A stretch of DNA of 64,000 nucleotides from Octopus sinensis (GCF_006345805.1 NC_043003.1:434001-498000); one strand, 5' to 3'. Counted from the stretch's first letter, positions 24,281 to 36,736 are shown. Numbers and translations: made by a program. Notes: generated by a model not told the origin, from the sequence alone.

Positions 24281-24849
24281 ATTGTCCTTTATGTTGGCCT
24301 GTCTCGTTTCTATATTTGTTTCTTTCATTGTTTGAAAAAAAAGTTCATTTTCCATGTTTTTGTTTTTCATCTTCTCTTTTGTTTGACGTCCTGTACCCAT
24401 ATATGCATGTATATATACATATGTATGTAGGTATGTACACGTATGTATGTATATATGCATAGATACATATATTATTTATGTTATATATATATATATATAG
24501 GAATAAATGTGAGAACAAACGATTTAGACAATACATTTAATACAAAAAGTGTGTCTCTGTCTGCCTATAAACCAGTCTGACTTACACAGAATGTAAATGG
24601 TATCAGGATTTAAATGGATTGAGTTTACCTGTTTCTAGGGGTTTGGTGGTCTGGAATAACGATAGCTCCTTGGTTCCATTATCGGATAACACCACCTCCA
24701 TCTTCAGGGTAGAATTCTTCATTTGAGGTGTTGACAGGACAGAGTTTAAAGATGGAACTCAACCCATTTAACTCCTGATATCATTTATATTCTGTGTAAG
24801 TTGCTCTATTTTATATGCATACATATGTACATTTTTTGTATTAAACGTA

Positions 24850-25170
24850 TGTCAGTATGGCTGATGCCAGTACCCCCTTAGGCCGATGCTAGTACCCCCT
24901 GACTGGCTCCCATGTCAGTGGCATGTAAAAAGCACCATCCAAATGTGGCCGATGCCAGTACCCAATGACTGGCTTCTGTGTTGGTGGCATGTAAAAAGCA
25001 CCCACAACACTCTCAGAGTGGTTGGTGTTAGGAAGGGCATCCAACTGTAGAAACATTACCAGATCAGACTGGAGCCTGGTGCAGCCTTCTGGCTCTCCAG
25101 ACCTCAGTCAAACCGTCCAACCCATGCCAGCATGGAAAACGGACGTTAAACGATGATGATGATGATGCAT
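24850..25170 (+). mobile_element. SINE family D copy
   Basis: GTTGGTGTTAGGAAGGGCATCC core and GGAAAACGGACGTTAAACGATGATG tail. Confidence 0.85.
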
Positions 25171-25402
25171 TTAATATTCTGTGTAAATTGACTTACCTAA
25201 CTTGTTTGTCTTTACCTTTGCTTCTCTACCTGCTCAATCTCTCAAGCACTATGGAGTTTATTCTATACAGAGTCCACCTGTCTCTAATCTATAAACTACA
25301 TATATATATATGTAGGTATATAAGTGTCAATCCAGATATGTTTATCTATCTATTTTTTTATCTACTTTTTTCCCCTTTCTCCATCTGTTTTCACTCCTCT
25401 TT

Positions 25403-25440
25403 CTTTTCTGTTGAAGAGGATACGCTCAAAATGTCAAAGC
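25403..25440 (+). ncRNA. Decayed Penelope-type hammerhead relic (probably inactive)
   Basis: CTTTT-CTGTTGA-A-GAG(GATAC G)CTC-AAAA-TGTC-AAAG: stems I and II recognisable, GAAA changed to AAAA and ACGT to ATGT. Confidence 0.4.
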
Positions 25441-27056
25441 CTCTTCTATTTTTTTCTGAGCATTTAACTAATACACCTGCTTGTTGTTACCTTACCTGTC
25501 TCTGCCTTTTGTCTTTTTGTACAATTTGAATTATGTGTGTGAGTGTATGTATGCATGTGTGTGTCCCTGTGTGTATGTATATATAAACAAATGACACATA
25601 CCTGTGTGTATATACAGGCATGTATATTGCTGGATATATGTCAGTACAAATATGTACAAATCAGCCAAGGTTTATATATAGCAGTAGTGCAGTGTGCAGT
25701 ACCCATGTGGTACCATGTTGTAATTCTCTTAAATTACAAAGGCACCATCTGTTCCACCCTCCAAGACTTAAGTAATTCTTCTTGTTTAAAGATTGTATAA
25801 CTTGTTCTTAATAAACTGAACAGTAGCTTAAATTTCACTCTGTTATCTCTGCTGGAATTCCTGGTATTTCTTCCTTATCTCACCCTTATTTGATGAGTGG
25901 GGTGGGCAGGGGTGATGATGGGGGTGGGAGGTTGTATTTTAACCTAGATATTAATTTTACTCTTAGTGACTGGACAGGTAACAAAAGAACTAAACAAAAT
26001 GGCCACTAGATCAATAAGAAAATATAATTAAATTTAATTAACATTTTGTTCCACTTACTAATTAATACCCACTCGTTTAGATTATCTCTTACTTTCTTCC
26101 TTCCTCTCTGTCTCTCTCTGCTTATCCCCCTGTCAGTGGTGTTTACACCTTCTGTCTCCCCTTTCCTCTCCCCCTTCCTCTCCCCCTCTCCTCTCCCCAC
26201 CCTCGCTCACCCTCATCTTCCTCTCCTCTTTGCCTCTCCCATCCCTCCTCTCTATCTCTCTCCCTATCTAATCTCCTACAGATTTTCTACTTCCTCCCAC
26301 CAAATCACCTCAACCTCCCTCCTCTCTGTCATCACCCCTACCCCCACCCTCACGCCAACCCCATTCTACCCCATTCACTTCACACACCACTACACTGACA
26401 TCACATTCCATCATCCTAACATCTCACATACACTCTGCTACTCTAACCCTAACCCCCCAGACCCCACCCCCTTCATCTTGTTTAACCCACAATTAACAAT
26501 TCCCTCACGTCACTCACTCCCCCCACCCACCTCCACTCATCAAACTCATTCAGCCAACCAGTTAAGTATTTCAAGAGAAAGCTTTTATACTGAAACTTAT
26601 TTTAAAATTTCCACTTTTATCATCGTCATCATCATCATCATCGTCATCACCATCATCAATGTCATCATCATCACCATCATCATGACCACTACTATCATCA
26701 TCATCAATATGAAAGTCATTGTTATCACCACCACCACCACCACCACCATCATCTTGTTTTACACCCATTTTCCATGATTGTAGAGGTTGAACTGGTCTTT
26801 TCCATTACATCATTTGCCTCTGTCTACTGTGGTTCTTCATCATCTCCTTCATCAGGTTCAGCATCCTGAGATCATTTCTCACCTCTTCTCTTCTTATCTT
26901 CCTCAGTCTCCATCTTCCTCAAGTTCCTTCTAGTTTGATCTCTTCGCATGTCTTTCAGGTACTGCTACCAACACCTCTCTTACACCCTACACATGACTCT
27001 TCTCTTGCTCCCTACATCTGACTCCTTTCTTGCTCCCTACATTTGGTTCCTCTTAA

Positions 27057-27258
27057 CCCATTAAGTCCCACTGTCCTATAAATAGGACACTAAATGAGAG
27101 CCTTAAAATAAGCTGTAATCACATTGTCCCAGTGTCCTATTTATAGGACACCGAGTATTTCCATTTCTACTTGTAAAAGAGTTTTAATAATTATTTTTTT
27201 CATTTTAACCTATTTTCAATCATCTGTAAAAATTTAAGAGTAATGTTCAGAAATTGAA
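27057..27258 (+). mobile_element. Truncated piggyBac-like MITE (same family as 46667-46891)
   Basis: TTAA|CCCATTAAGTCCCACTGTCCTATAAATAGGACAC, near-identical to 46667 onward; right end missing. Confidence 0.85.
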
Positions 27259-28087
27259 GAAATCTCAATCCTTCTTTCTGCACATTTCTGCTTTGTTGTT
27301 TGATTCAAATCACATTACACATCAAGCAGAGCATTCTCACTCATTTTTTCCCAAACTCCTCTCATCTGCTACATTCAATATCTATGTTTTGTTACCATGC
27401 AGTGTTGCACCCAGAGTGGCTTAAGCTGACACACTGATTAGCATGCTGGACAAAATGCTTAGCAGCATTTTCCCCAGCTCTTTATATTCTGAGCTCTTCA
27501 GGAATAATAAAAATAAAGTACTGGTTAATACTGAAGGGGTCAATGTAATCGACCCAGCCCCTCCACTCAGAATTACTGACCTTGACCCCTGCAATGGACC
27601 AGTGTGCTGTTCAGAGGGAATGTTGTAATCCTGGACTCTTCTATGCCATGGAAACCAGCAAAATGACCTTATGCGTCCTTAGGACTCAAACATAAGAAGA
27701 GGAAACATTGTACTTCATTCTTAAGCATTGTCCAATATGCCCCTTCATTTTGGGTTACAATCCACCCCTTGTCAGCAGCTGCTTTAATAGCTTGTTAGTC
27801 CAGGGAAATCATAATTTTCTCAGTATTGTAACTTGATATGAAAGTATAAACATCATCATCATCACCACAACTATTTCAGAATGTGGGACCAACATCACAG
27901 GTATGAGTCTGTGAGGTAGGTGGTGAAGTAGAAGAGTCTTTAGAGCATTGGATAGATCACCTTGGGATATTTGTTCTGATGCTGTACATCCTGTGTTCAA
28001 ATTCTGCTCAGGTCAATTTAAACTTCCTTCTTTTTTTTTTTTTTTGGACCAATAAATAACATCTCATCATGGCTGATTCATTAGAGT

Positions 28088-28168
28088 GTGGATTAGATGG
28101 AGATTAGTGGATTAGATGGAGACTAGTGGATTAGATGGAGATTAATGGATTAGATGGAGATTAGTGGA
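28088..28168. repeat. 19-bp minisatellite, about 4 copies
   Basis: Unit GTGGATTAGATGGAGATTA. Confidence 0.9.
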
Positions 28169-28850
28169 ATCATTGGTGTGAGAGCAGATGTCTTGTGGTG
28201 TCTGTTCTGGTTCTTTGCAATCCTAAATTAAAATTCTGACCATGGATTCATTCAAATCCCAGAAACAAGTAAAAGATAAACAATGAAGATATCAAAAATA
28301 TCCCTGCAGCATCTAATGTGGCCATATTAAGGACTAAAGACTGGGTGTTGTGATCTGGATAAGCATAAATTTGCTAGACACAGTAATTGTTACTAATAAT
28401 ATAATAATGGAAACGAGCCAAATTATTGCAAATTGTTGACACAAACTTAAGAAAGATTGCTTATGGTATGTCAGCAGTTATGAGGAGACGTCACATCATC
28501 TCATTATAATCTCTTCCCCAGCATACGTAACCCACACTTGATCTGCGTCTTACATTGTTTAATGGCTGTAATACTTTTAAGAAACATTTTTTAATTATCT
28601 AAATGAAAAACTCTCCTGGAAAGGAGAAAGCAATGTTAAACTTTCGGCTACCAGTCAGCCATTTGCAATGAGTGGATGACAACAAAATCATAGCAGTGGT
28701 GCACCACCCTGGTGGCCAATCACAGTAACAATAAATATCACAGCCATAAATATGAGTTTTACATCTTGTATGACAGTTCTCTGGACCCAAATATAATCAA
28801 CTAAAACTGTTGATCTGAAAGAAGATAAAACTGAAGTGCAATAGTCATAT

Positions 28851-29070
28851 AATGTACAGTTCTATATTTAAGAGATGAGGAATTATGTACATTATTTATA
28901 TTATTTACATTTGACAGATATTTGTCCTCATCTTGTTTGTTGTTAACACAACATTTCGGCTGATATACCCTTCAGCCTTCATCAAATGTCTTGGGGAAAT
29001 TTCGAACCTGGGTTCTCATTCCTAAGGTATTTTTCAATGTTTATTATTATTATTATTAATATTATTATTA
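28851..29070 (-). mobile_element. Penelope pLTR-like segment with mutated hammerhead, inverted partner of 29817-29961
   Basis: Reverse complement matches 29817-29961; core reads ACAT-TTGATGA-A-GGCTG...CAGCC-GAAA-TGTT-GTGT. Confidence 0.8.
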
Positions 29071-29145
29071 CACGGGCATATGGCGTAGTGGTTAAGAGCA
29101 TGGGCTACTAACCCCAAGATTCCAAGTTCGATTCCAGGCAGCGAT

Positions 29146-29148
<3 letters not shown>
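29071..29148 (+). mobile_element. tRNA-derived Pol III head (A and B boxes)
   Basis: A box TGGCGTAGTGG (29081-29091), B box GTTCGATTCC (29126-29135), anticodon-like loop CTACTAA; no full acceptor stem, so not a tRNA gene. Confidence 0.85.
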
Positions 29149-29189
<41 letters not shown>

Positions 29190-29196
29190 TAATAAA

Positions 29197-29748
29197 TGCC
29201 CTGATGCAGTACCAGGCAGCGGCTCTCATGGCTTCTGATCTTAACTGACTGGAAGTGTTATCATGTACATTGTTTTGTCTTGGTATAAAAGATGGGCTAC
29301 AGCAAATATTCTGCTCAATACCACAGATTTGCTTGTCAGTTGTTTGACCTTAACCAGTTGAGCATGTCCCTTAGTGGCTGACGATATGTGCATCTCTGAT
29401 CACGAGTAGAAGTAGTGGGGAAGCATCATAGCCATGTGTTGAGAGGGATTCTTTGGGGTTTGAATGATTCACCTTTGGAAAAATGGATGTTTCATTCAAC
29501 ATCCTTAAACAACCCTTAATCAGAGACCTTTTGAGTGGGATGGGTTACCCGACCAGAAGAAAATTCTAACTGGGCCCCACCCGCAAGGTCTTGCGCTGTT
29601 TATCTTGTTATGAGATCACCATGTCGTGCACATATGGTTGTGATGCATGTGCCTGGTGTATCCTTATCAGACGGTAGTCATGATGGGTATACTGGGCTTC
29701 GTATATTTTACCCCAGTGTCACTTTGATGGCATGCACTGCTCTCTCAC
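29197..29748 (-). mobile_element. Non-coding 552-bp cassette inserted in an (AAT)n tract (non-autonomous retroelement, possibly R4/Dong-like)
   Basis: Flanked on both sides by (AAT)n/(GAT)n; no ORF; clade is inferred from the target type only. Confidence 0.55.
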
Positions 29749-29754
29749 TAAATA

Positions 29755-29786
<32 letters not shown>

Positions 29787-29816
29787 AAATAAATAATAAA
29801 TAAATAAATAATAATA

Positions 29817-29961
29817 ACATCGAAAAATACCTCAGGTTCGAAATTTCCCCCAAGACACCTGATGAAGGCTGGAGTGTATATCAGTTGAAACATTGTGTTA
29901 ACAACAAACAAGATGAGGAGAAATATCCGTCAAATGTAAATAATGAAAATAATGTAAATCA
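29817..29961 (+). mobile_element. Penelope pLTR-like tail containing a minimal type I hammerhead (29854-29899)
   Basis: ACAC-CTGATGA-A-GGCTG(loop)CAGTT-GAAA-CATT-GTGT; stem I ACAC/GTGT; stem III ACAT, probably from palindromic ACGT. Confidence 0.8.
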
Positions 29962-30854
29962 TAATGTATTTTGTATAAGATAAAGTTTCATGCTTTATTC
30001 CGGTATTCTGTCACAGAATTATAGTTACATGCACAGAATCATACTGTTTTCTTTACAAAACCACTTTAAAATATCTTTTAATAAATGTATGATGAGACAT
30101 ACTAAATTTGTTTTCTTTTCTACAAAATATGCTCATAAAAAAGGGTGTGTCTTTGCAGAAGTGCATCTTATGCACTTTAGCTAATACAGTCCCTTTCATC
30201 AGGAGTGATTGTTTTACACAGATGCAAGGCTTCAAACTTGAAGACAGAGAGAAATTAATTATATTGGCTCCAGTGCTTGATTAGTACTTCATTTTATTAA
30301 GCATGGAAAGGTGAGAGGCAGCAGGATTTGAACTTGGAATGTAAAAATCCAGAAGGTTTCTTTTTTTTTTTTTCTTGTTCAAAGCCCTAATGATTCGGAA
30401 AAGAAATTGCAAGCTTGTAACTCGATCACAGAACGAAATGAGACAATTGGGCATTGCTGTTTGGATGCTGATAATTTGACATGGCTGACTGGACATTCAA
30501 CCTATTCTAGCAGCTGTACATTTTGGCACACACACATACATATGCAGAAATACACATGCACACACACACAAATATACACATACAGCGAGAGAAAGAGAGA
30601 GAGAGAAAGGAGGGGAAGGAGAGAATGAGAGGAACATTGAGATGCCTCATGCCAAAATGGCTGTGCCAAACTGACATCTCATTCGTCTGCCTGTCTCTGG
30701 CCTTTTCATGGTAGGAAACAGCATCTTTGGCCAACTGTAATAGGTCAGTAATGTTTACTGGAGTGATGTGATGATTGGAGACTCATCACAATAGCATTGT
30801 ACCCAGATGGATGGAGCTTATATTGAATCAGGTTCTAGGAGAGAAAATGATATT

Positions 30855-31020
30855 TGGACCTTCATCACCATCATTTAATGTTTGTTTTCCACGCTGGCAT
30901 GGGTTGGATAGTTTGACTGGAGCTGGCAAGGCCAGGAGCCACCCAGGTTCCATTGTCTGATTTGGCATGGTTTTCTACAGCTGGATGCCCTTCCAAATGC
31001 TAACCACTTTACAGAGTGTG
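30855..31020 (-). mobile_element. Decayed SINE family D copy
   Basis: catcatttaatg...gcatgggttgga...ctggatgcccttcc. Confidence 0.75.
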
Positions 31021-31242
31021 CAGATCTTTATCATCATAAAAAAAGATGGTTATTGTTGTTACTCTTAGGCCAACACTGACTAATCAAACCCATGGCTGAA
31101 AGCATTCTAGCATTTGTCAGATAAACCGGTTGTGGCGATTGTTGTTTGTGCTACCACTAGGGACATTTTCACTATTACCCTTTTATATGGGACACAGCCC
31201 AGTTTTAGCACCTCACTCTGGCAGGCAAATCTAATCTGTTAA

Positions 31243-31436
31243 TCCTTTAGCACTTAGATTACTCAGTAAAATCAAATATTTATTCACATTGAATTATCTC
31301 ATAGCTCCAAGACTTCATTGATGTGATTGTTTAATTTTAGTATAACATTGCAGGGTAAGTGTAAGAGGCTGGATCTGGTTGGTTTGAACATGATGCATAT
31401 CTGTCCCAGATATGGCTGGGTTAAATGGTTAAAGAG
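31243..31436. mobile_element. Old piggyBac-like MITE
   Basis: TTAA at 31239-31242 and 31437-31440 with degenerate terminal inverted repeats (TCCTTTAGCA / TGGTTAAAGAG). Confidence 0.6.
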
Positions 31437-31998
31437 TTAAGACAGTTTCTTCACTGGTTCTCTTGTCCTGTCACTGGCTTCCTGATGGCTTCCTAAGCTA
31501 TCACAGACCCAGAGTCGGTCACTACCGTTTGTTGGGTCAGTTAGTGACTCGACTTAGTAGTCTGTTGTGTGTAGGTGGCTTTCACTGCAAATGGCTGGTG
31601 TGCTTCACAAGCTGCAGTTCATAGCAATTTTTAAACAGCAATTCTTCAAAGACATCCTCCTTGACGTTATCACACTTTATTTAGTACAGAGATATAAAGA
31701 AGAAACTGTGCATGCTGGCATAAATATTTGCGTGTGTAAATGTTGAAGAAGTGCATGAGAGATAAGGGTGATGACATCCCAAGTGTAAACTGCTGAAAGT
31801 GAAAGTCTGGCCAGTTTTGGTAGGTTGAAATGGTGTTTTATAGTGGACTTGATTGAAGTAGAAGAGAGGTATTCCGTCATATCTGACAACGTAATCAGTG
31901 TTAGGAGTGGAGGAACGAGAGGGTGGCGGAATGTCATGAGAGATTGCCAGGGAATTGACTGCAAAAACTGTCTTTGAGCTGCTCGCACCATATATGCA

Positions 31999-32048
31999 TG
32001 TCTGCATGTATGTGTGTGTGTGTGTGTGTGTATATATATGTGTGTGTG

Positions 32049-32135
<87 letters not shown>

Positions 32136-32292
32136 ATATATGTGTGTATATATATATGTGTGTGTGTGTGTGTGTATGTATATATATATATGTATGTATA
32201 TGTATATATACATAAATATATGCATATGTACATATATATAGATATGTGCGTATATATATATGCACAATTACACGTACACACACATACATACT
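31999..32292. repeat. (TG)/(TA)/(TATG) compound microsatellite
   Basis: Directly visible; explains the ORF cluster at 31677-32348. Confidence 0.95.
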
Positions 32293-32508
32293 TGCACATG
32301 GTTGGTGAAACTGAAAGAAATCCATCATCATTGTGTGTCATCATTTAACGTCCCCTTTTCCATGCTTGCATGGATCAGGTGGAATTTGTTGAGGCAGACC
32401 CCGCCCACTTGTTACCAAATAAGGTAATATGTCTTTGTAGTCAGACATGCTGTACAATGGTGAAACTCATCTACAACTATAACGTGTTGAGACAAGGAGA
32501 CCCCAGTT

Positions 32509-32539
<31 letters not shown>

Positions 32540-32566
32540 CTTTCACACACACATGCACATATATTT

Positions 32567-32935
32567 GTGGCTGCGTGGTAAATAGCTTGCTTACCAACCA
32601 CATGGTTCTGAGTTCAGTCCCTCTATGTAATACCTTGGGCAAGTATCTTCTACTATAGCCTCAGTCCGGCCAAAGCCTTGTGAGTGGATTTGGTAAATGG
32701 AAACTGTAAGAAGCCCATTGTATATGTGTGTGTGTGTGTGTGTGAGTGTTTCTCCTCCACCACCATTGCTTGACAACCGATGTTGGTATGTTTACGTCCC
32801 GTCAAAAAGAGGCCGATAGAATAAGTACTAGGCTTACAAAGAATAAGTCCTGGGGTTGATTTGTTCAACTAAACGCAGTGCTCCAGCATGGCCACAGGCA
32901 AATAATTGAAACAAATGAAAGAACTAAAGAATAGA
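32567..32935 (+). mobile_element. SINE family B, near full length
   Basis: GTGGCTGCGTGGTAAATAGCTTGC...CAGTGCTCCAGCATGGCC. Confidence 0.86.
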
Positions 32936-33294
32936 ATACACAACAGTCTTCTTCCAGTTTCCATTTACCAATTCCATTGACAAGGCTTTGGTCAGTTTCA
33001 GTCTGCCGCAGAAGATACTTGCTTGTCCATTTTCCCCTGCTTTCACCACCTGGATAAGTCTTGTGTTCCTCTCTTTCCATGAGGTTCAGCACTGTTTCCC
33101 TCCTGCCCTTCACTTCCTATAATTTGTTACCATGCAACATTGCACTTTATTGCAGTTTATACACAACCACCACACAACAGCAATCCTTTGTTAATATCAC
33201 AAATAATAGCTCACAGTATGGTTTTAGCTGTGTGTGCCTATGTGTATGTATTGTGGTCAACAGAAGAAAGAATACTCAATATTGAGTTTAGGTG

Positions 33295-33730
33295 AAGGCG
33301 GTGAGCTGGCAGAAATGTTAGCACGCCAGGCGAATACTTAGCAGTATTTCATCTGCTGCCACGTTCTGAGTTCAAATTCCGCTGAGGTCGACTTTGCCTT
33401 TCATCCTTTCGGGGTTGATTAGATAAGTACCAGTTACGCACTGGGGTCGATATAATCGACTTAATCCATTTGTCTGTCCTTGTTTGTCCCTTCTGTGTGT
33501 AGCCCCTTGTGGGCAGTAAAGAAAAGAGAAACGTTAGCACACCAGGCGAAATGCTTAGCGGTATTTTGTCTGTCTTTATGTTTTGTGTTCAAATTCTGCC
33601 GAGGTCGACTTTGCCCTTCATCGTTTCAGGGTCAATAAATTAAGTACCAGTTGGATACTGGGGTTGATCTAATCAACTGGCCCCATCTCCTAAAAATTTC
33701 GGGCCTTGTGCCTAGACTAGCAAAGGATAT
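33295..33730 (+). mobile_element. Dimeric SINE family A
   Basis: AAGGCGGTGAGCTGGCAGAAATGTTAGCAC head plus two bodies. Confidence 0.9.
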
Positions 33731-35159
33731 TGTGTGTAGGTGGTGAATAAACTATGTGAATTACAGTCAGAACATCAGTATAATGAGAAGACCATGTCAG
33801 TCCCTTAGGTTTCCAGCTATTGGAATGAGTTTACCATCATTCAGTTGAATTGTATTATTAGAGCCACACACACACACACAGCTTTTTCCTACAGCCAGAT
33901 GTCCTCCTGTTGCTAAACTTCACCTGTTTCCAAGCAATGTTTTCACAGAAGATTGGAAATGGGCACTGCTTGCATGATGGTGATATTTGCTTACAACTAT
34001 CGTGCAATTTCAAGACAAGGAGACAGAAACATACACACACACATATACAATGGGCTTCTTTCAGTTTCCATCTAACAAATCTGCTCATAAGGCTTTGGTC
34101 ATTCTGGGAGTTCAGTAAAAGACTTGCCAAAAAGAGACAGAGAAAATCTGTACCAGACTTAAAAAATAAGTATTGGGATTGATTTGTTCGACTAAACCCT
34201 TCGAGGTAGTGCCCCAGCATGGTCACAGTCCAATGACTAAAACAAATTAAAAGTATCAGTGCCATGTTGTGGGATTGAACCTGGAATCACATGGCTGGGA
34301 TTCAAGCTTCTTACCACACTGCCATGCCTGCATCAAGTAAATAGCACATGGATATTAGGTAAAAGAGAAAAAACCCTTGGATGAAAATGTCATAGGCTGC
34401 CTGTGGCATTCAAATCTACATCTGTGAACATGACAGATGTTCTACCAGTATACCAAAGTAATCCTTTCGAGATATGAGTTTGTGCCCCATGGACAGCTTT
34501 TGATATTTTCCATTTGAGATTTTTTAATCCAATTATTTATATGCTATTATCTACTACTTTATGTACTTTGAGAGGCCCATTAAAAATTACACACACATGA
34601 TGGACTTCCATATGGTTTCCATCTACCAAATTCACTTGCAAGGCATTGGTCAGCCCAGGGTTGACCAATGAGAAGACACTTGCTGCCCAATTCTATATTT
34701 TGGTACATTATTACTTAACATCATCACAGGAATATCCATGAAAAGAAATTCTGCAGCTGAAGAATCATTAAAGTAAGTCTAATTGTCTTTCAACATATAG
34801 AACAAAGATCCCCCACCCCAAATAAATGATGCATATAAAAACGTGTGTACACACACAAATTACACATACATACACTCACACACATACACTCACACACATA
34901 CACACACTATTTAAACTTTTAGCAAAAAATGCAAAACAAACAAACAAAAATATTGGTTGTCAATCTTCAATCTGTTAATCCGTGATCAAATACGATGAAC
35001 CTGATCCATAGAAACGTAGATTAATCTCCTCTGAAATATTTCCAACACATTCGTTATGTTTACCTTTGGCCATCTTCAATCTGTTACCAATAAAATCTGT
35101 TTACCAAACGGACTAAAAACAGATGAAGGTGTGGATCTGTTTTAGATACCGTTTGTCTT

Positions 35160-35565
35160 TTGTCTTTTGCTGGGTTTTAGTCATTGGACTGTGGCCATGC
35201 TGGAGCACTGTCTTCAATGGTTTTAGTCAAACAAATCGATTCTTGTACTTATTTTTTAAGTGTATTGCTTATTCTATTGGTCTCTTTTGCCAACTGTTGC
35301 TTTGTGTCCCCATAACTTAATAAGTTATAGGGACACAAAGCAACACCGGTTGTGTTGTGGTGGTGGTGACACACATACACATACACACACACACATACAC
35401 ACACATGATAACCTTCTTTTAGGTTCCATCTACCAAATTAACTCACAAGACATTGGTTAATCTTGGACTATAGTAGAAGACCCTTGCCCAAGGTGTTGCA
35501 CAGTGGGACTGAACCCAAAACCACATGGTTGCCAAGTGAGATTTTTAACCACACAGCCCATGCCT
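35160..35565 (-). mobile_element. Decayed SINE family B
   Basis: cagtcattggactgtggccatgctggagcac...gcccaaggtgttgcacagtgggactgaacc. Confidence 0.8.
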
Positions 35566-36415
35566 GTGCTTTGTTTATATATCAGAATAATTCATTAAGC
35601 AGATATGGTTATTATGTGCTATAAGTTCAAATCCCAGTAAAGTCAACTTTACCTTTCATCTCTTTGGAGCCCAAAAATGGTGTCTATTCTCCCCCCTTCT
35701 CTGTATTGTACTTATAAGCTCCATCCTTCTCACATTGTGTCACAATGATTTGGCCCAGGAATTGCATTAAAAGCACCTGTTCTGGTGGGATTCTCAGTCT
35801 TTTACATGTTAATTTCACAAATGAGAATTCAGTTGGTCAAACAGCTGAATAACCTGTCGTTCAAGACAGACAGAGATTCCACATTATTTTGCAAAACAGA
35901 TTGTTAACCCTTTGTCAGACCAAACCATTTTCATAAGTTTGTCCTTAATGCCCATGCTAGTTTACAGAGGGAAGACCATTGGAGGCCACTGGAAGGTTAC
36001 TTGAGGACCGCGGTTGAGAACTACTGGTCTATATAGTCACATGCTGACATGCACACCTTTTTGTTTGCCTTCTCAGCCTCGACTCATCGGCAAACCCAGG
36101 AATCAGCAGCTGGAAATCGAGAGGGGCTGCATCAGCACTTAGCGTTTTCATTATTGATTGGGAAAGAACACAAAAGCAAGGTTAACCTCAACAAGATTTA
36201 TACTTTGACTTCTGGAACAAATGTGGCATAGCCTTTGATCCCACATTCCAATGGCTACCAATCATTGATAAGATCATCTATTTTGATATGAACTCTCAAA
36301 CTTAATCTCTTTTTTCATATTACAATTAGTCACTGTTTCCTACTTCACAGAGAATTATCACATTTACATATAATATATAGAAAAAGTGAAATGGGTCCTG
36401 CGAACTTTCTGGGAG

Positions 36416-36595
36416 GAGTGAAATATTGAATGCTTTGGATTCAATCCTTTGTTAGGGGGCAGAGAAAAAGAGAAGAAAAAGAGAAAGAAAGTCAAAGTTT
36501 ACATCCTCTCAGGTGTTTGACTTTTTCATCGTTTTCTTCTCTTTTTCTCTGCCCCCTGAAGAAGGATTGAACCCGAAATGTTCAATATTCCACTC
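36416..36595. repeat. Diverged foldback (about 80-bp arms) carrying a hammerhead-core-like motif
   Basis: GAGTGAAATATTGAA...GGGGGCAGAGAAAAGAGAAG...GTCAAA versus TTTGAC...CTTCTCTTTTTCTCTGCCCCC...TTCAATATTCCACTC. Confidence 0.8.
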
Positions 36596-36697
36596 TTCAT
36601 GGCAAGTACACTGTATCCCTTTCACTTTTTTCTATATTTTTTCAAGCCTTGTCGATGCAGAGGTACTAGATTATTGCCTGATAATTATATATATATA

Positions 36698-36729
<32 letters not shown>

Positions 36730-36736
<7 letters not shown>

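Noticed and set aside
24635-24774. Protein-like minus-strand segment (EEFYPEDGGG / YPIMEPRSY)
   Set aside because: The interval is 140 nt, so the two pieces are in different frames; the acceptor is weak.
27880-27900. 21-nt micro-exon (TTTCAG|...CAG|GTATGA)
   Set aside because: Poor pyrimidine tract and no partner exons on that strand nearby; chance match likely.
28599-28790. Cys-rich 63-aa ORF resembling a disulfide-rich toxin
   Set aside because: No ATG or signal peptide; Cys enrichment is expected from TG-rich sequence.
30690-30850. Minus-strand exon after strong acceptor CATTTTCTCTCCTAG
   Set aside because: Only one short open frame with a mediocre donor and no recognisable motif.
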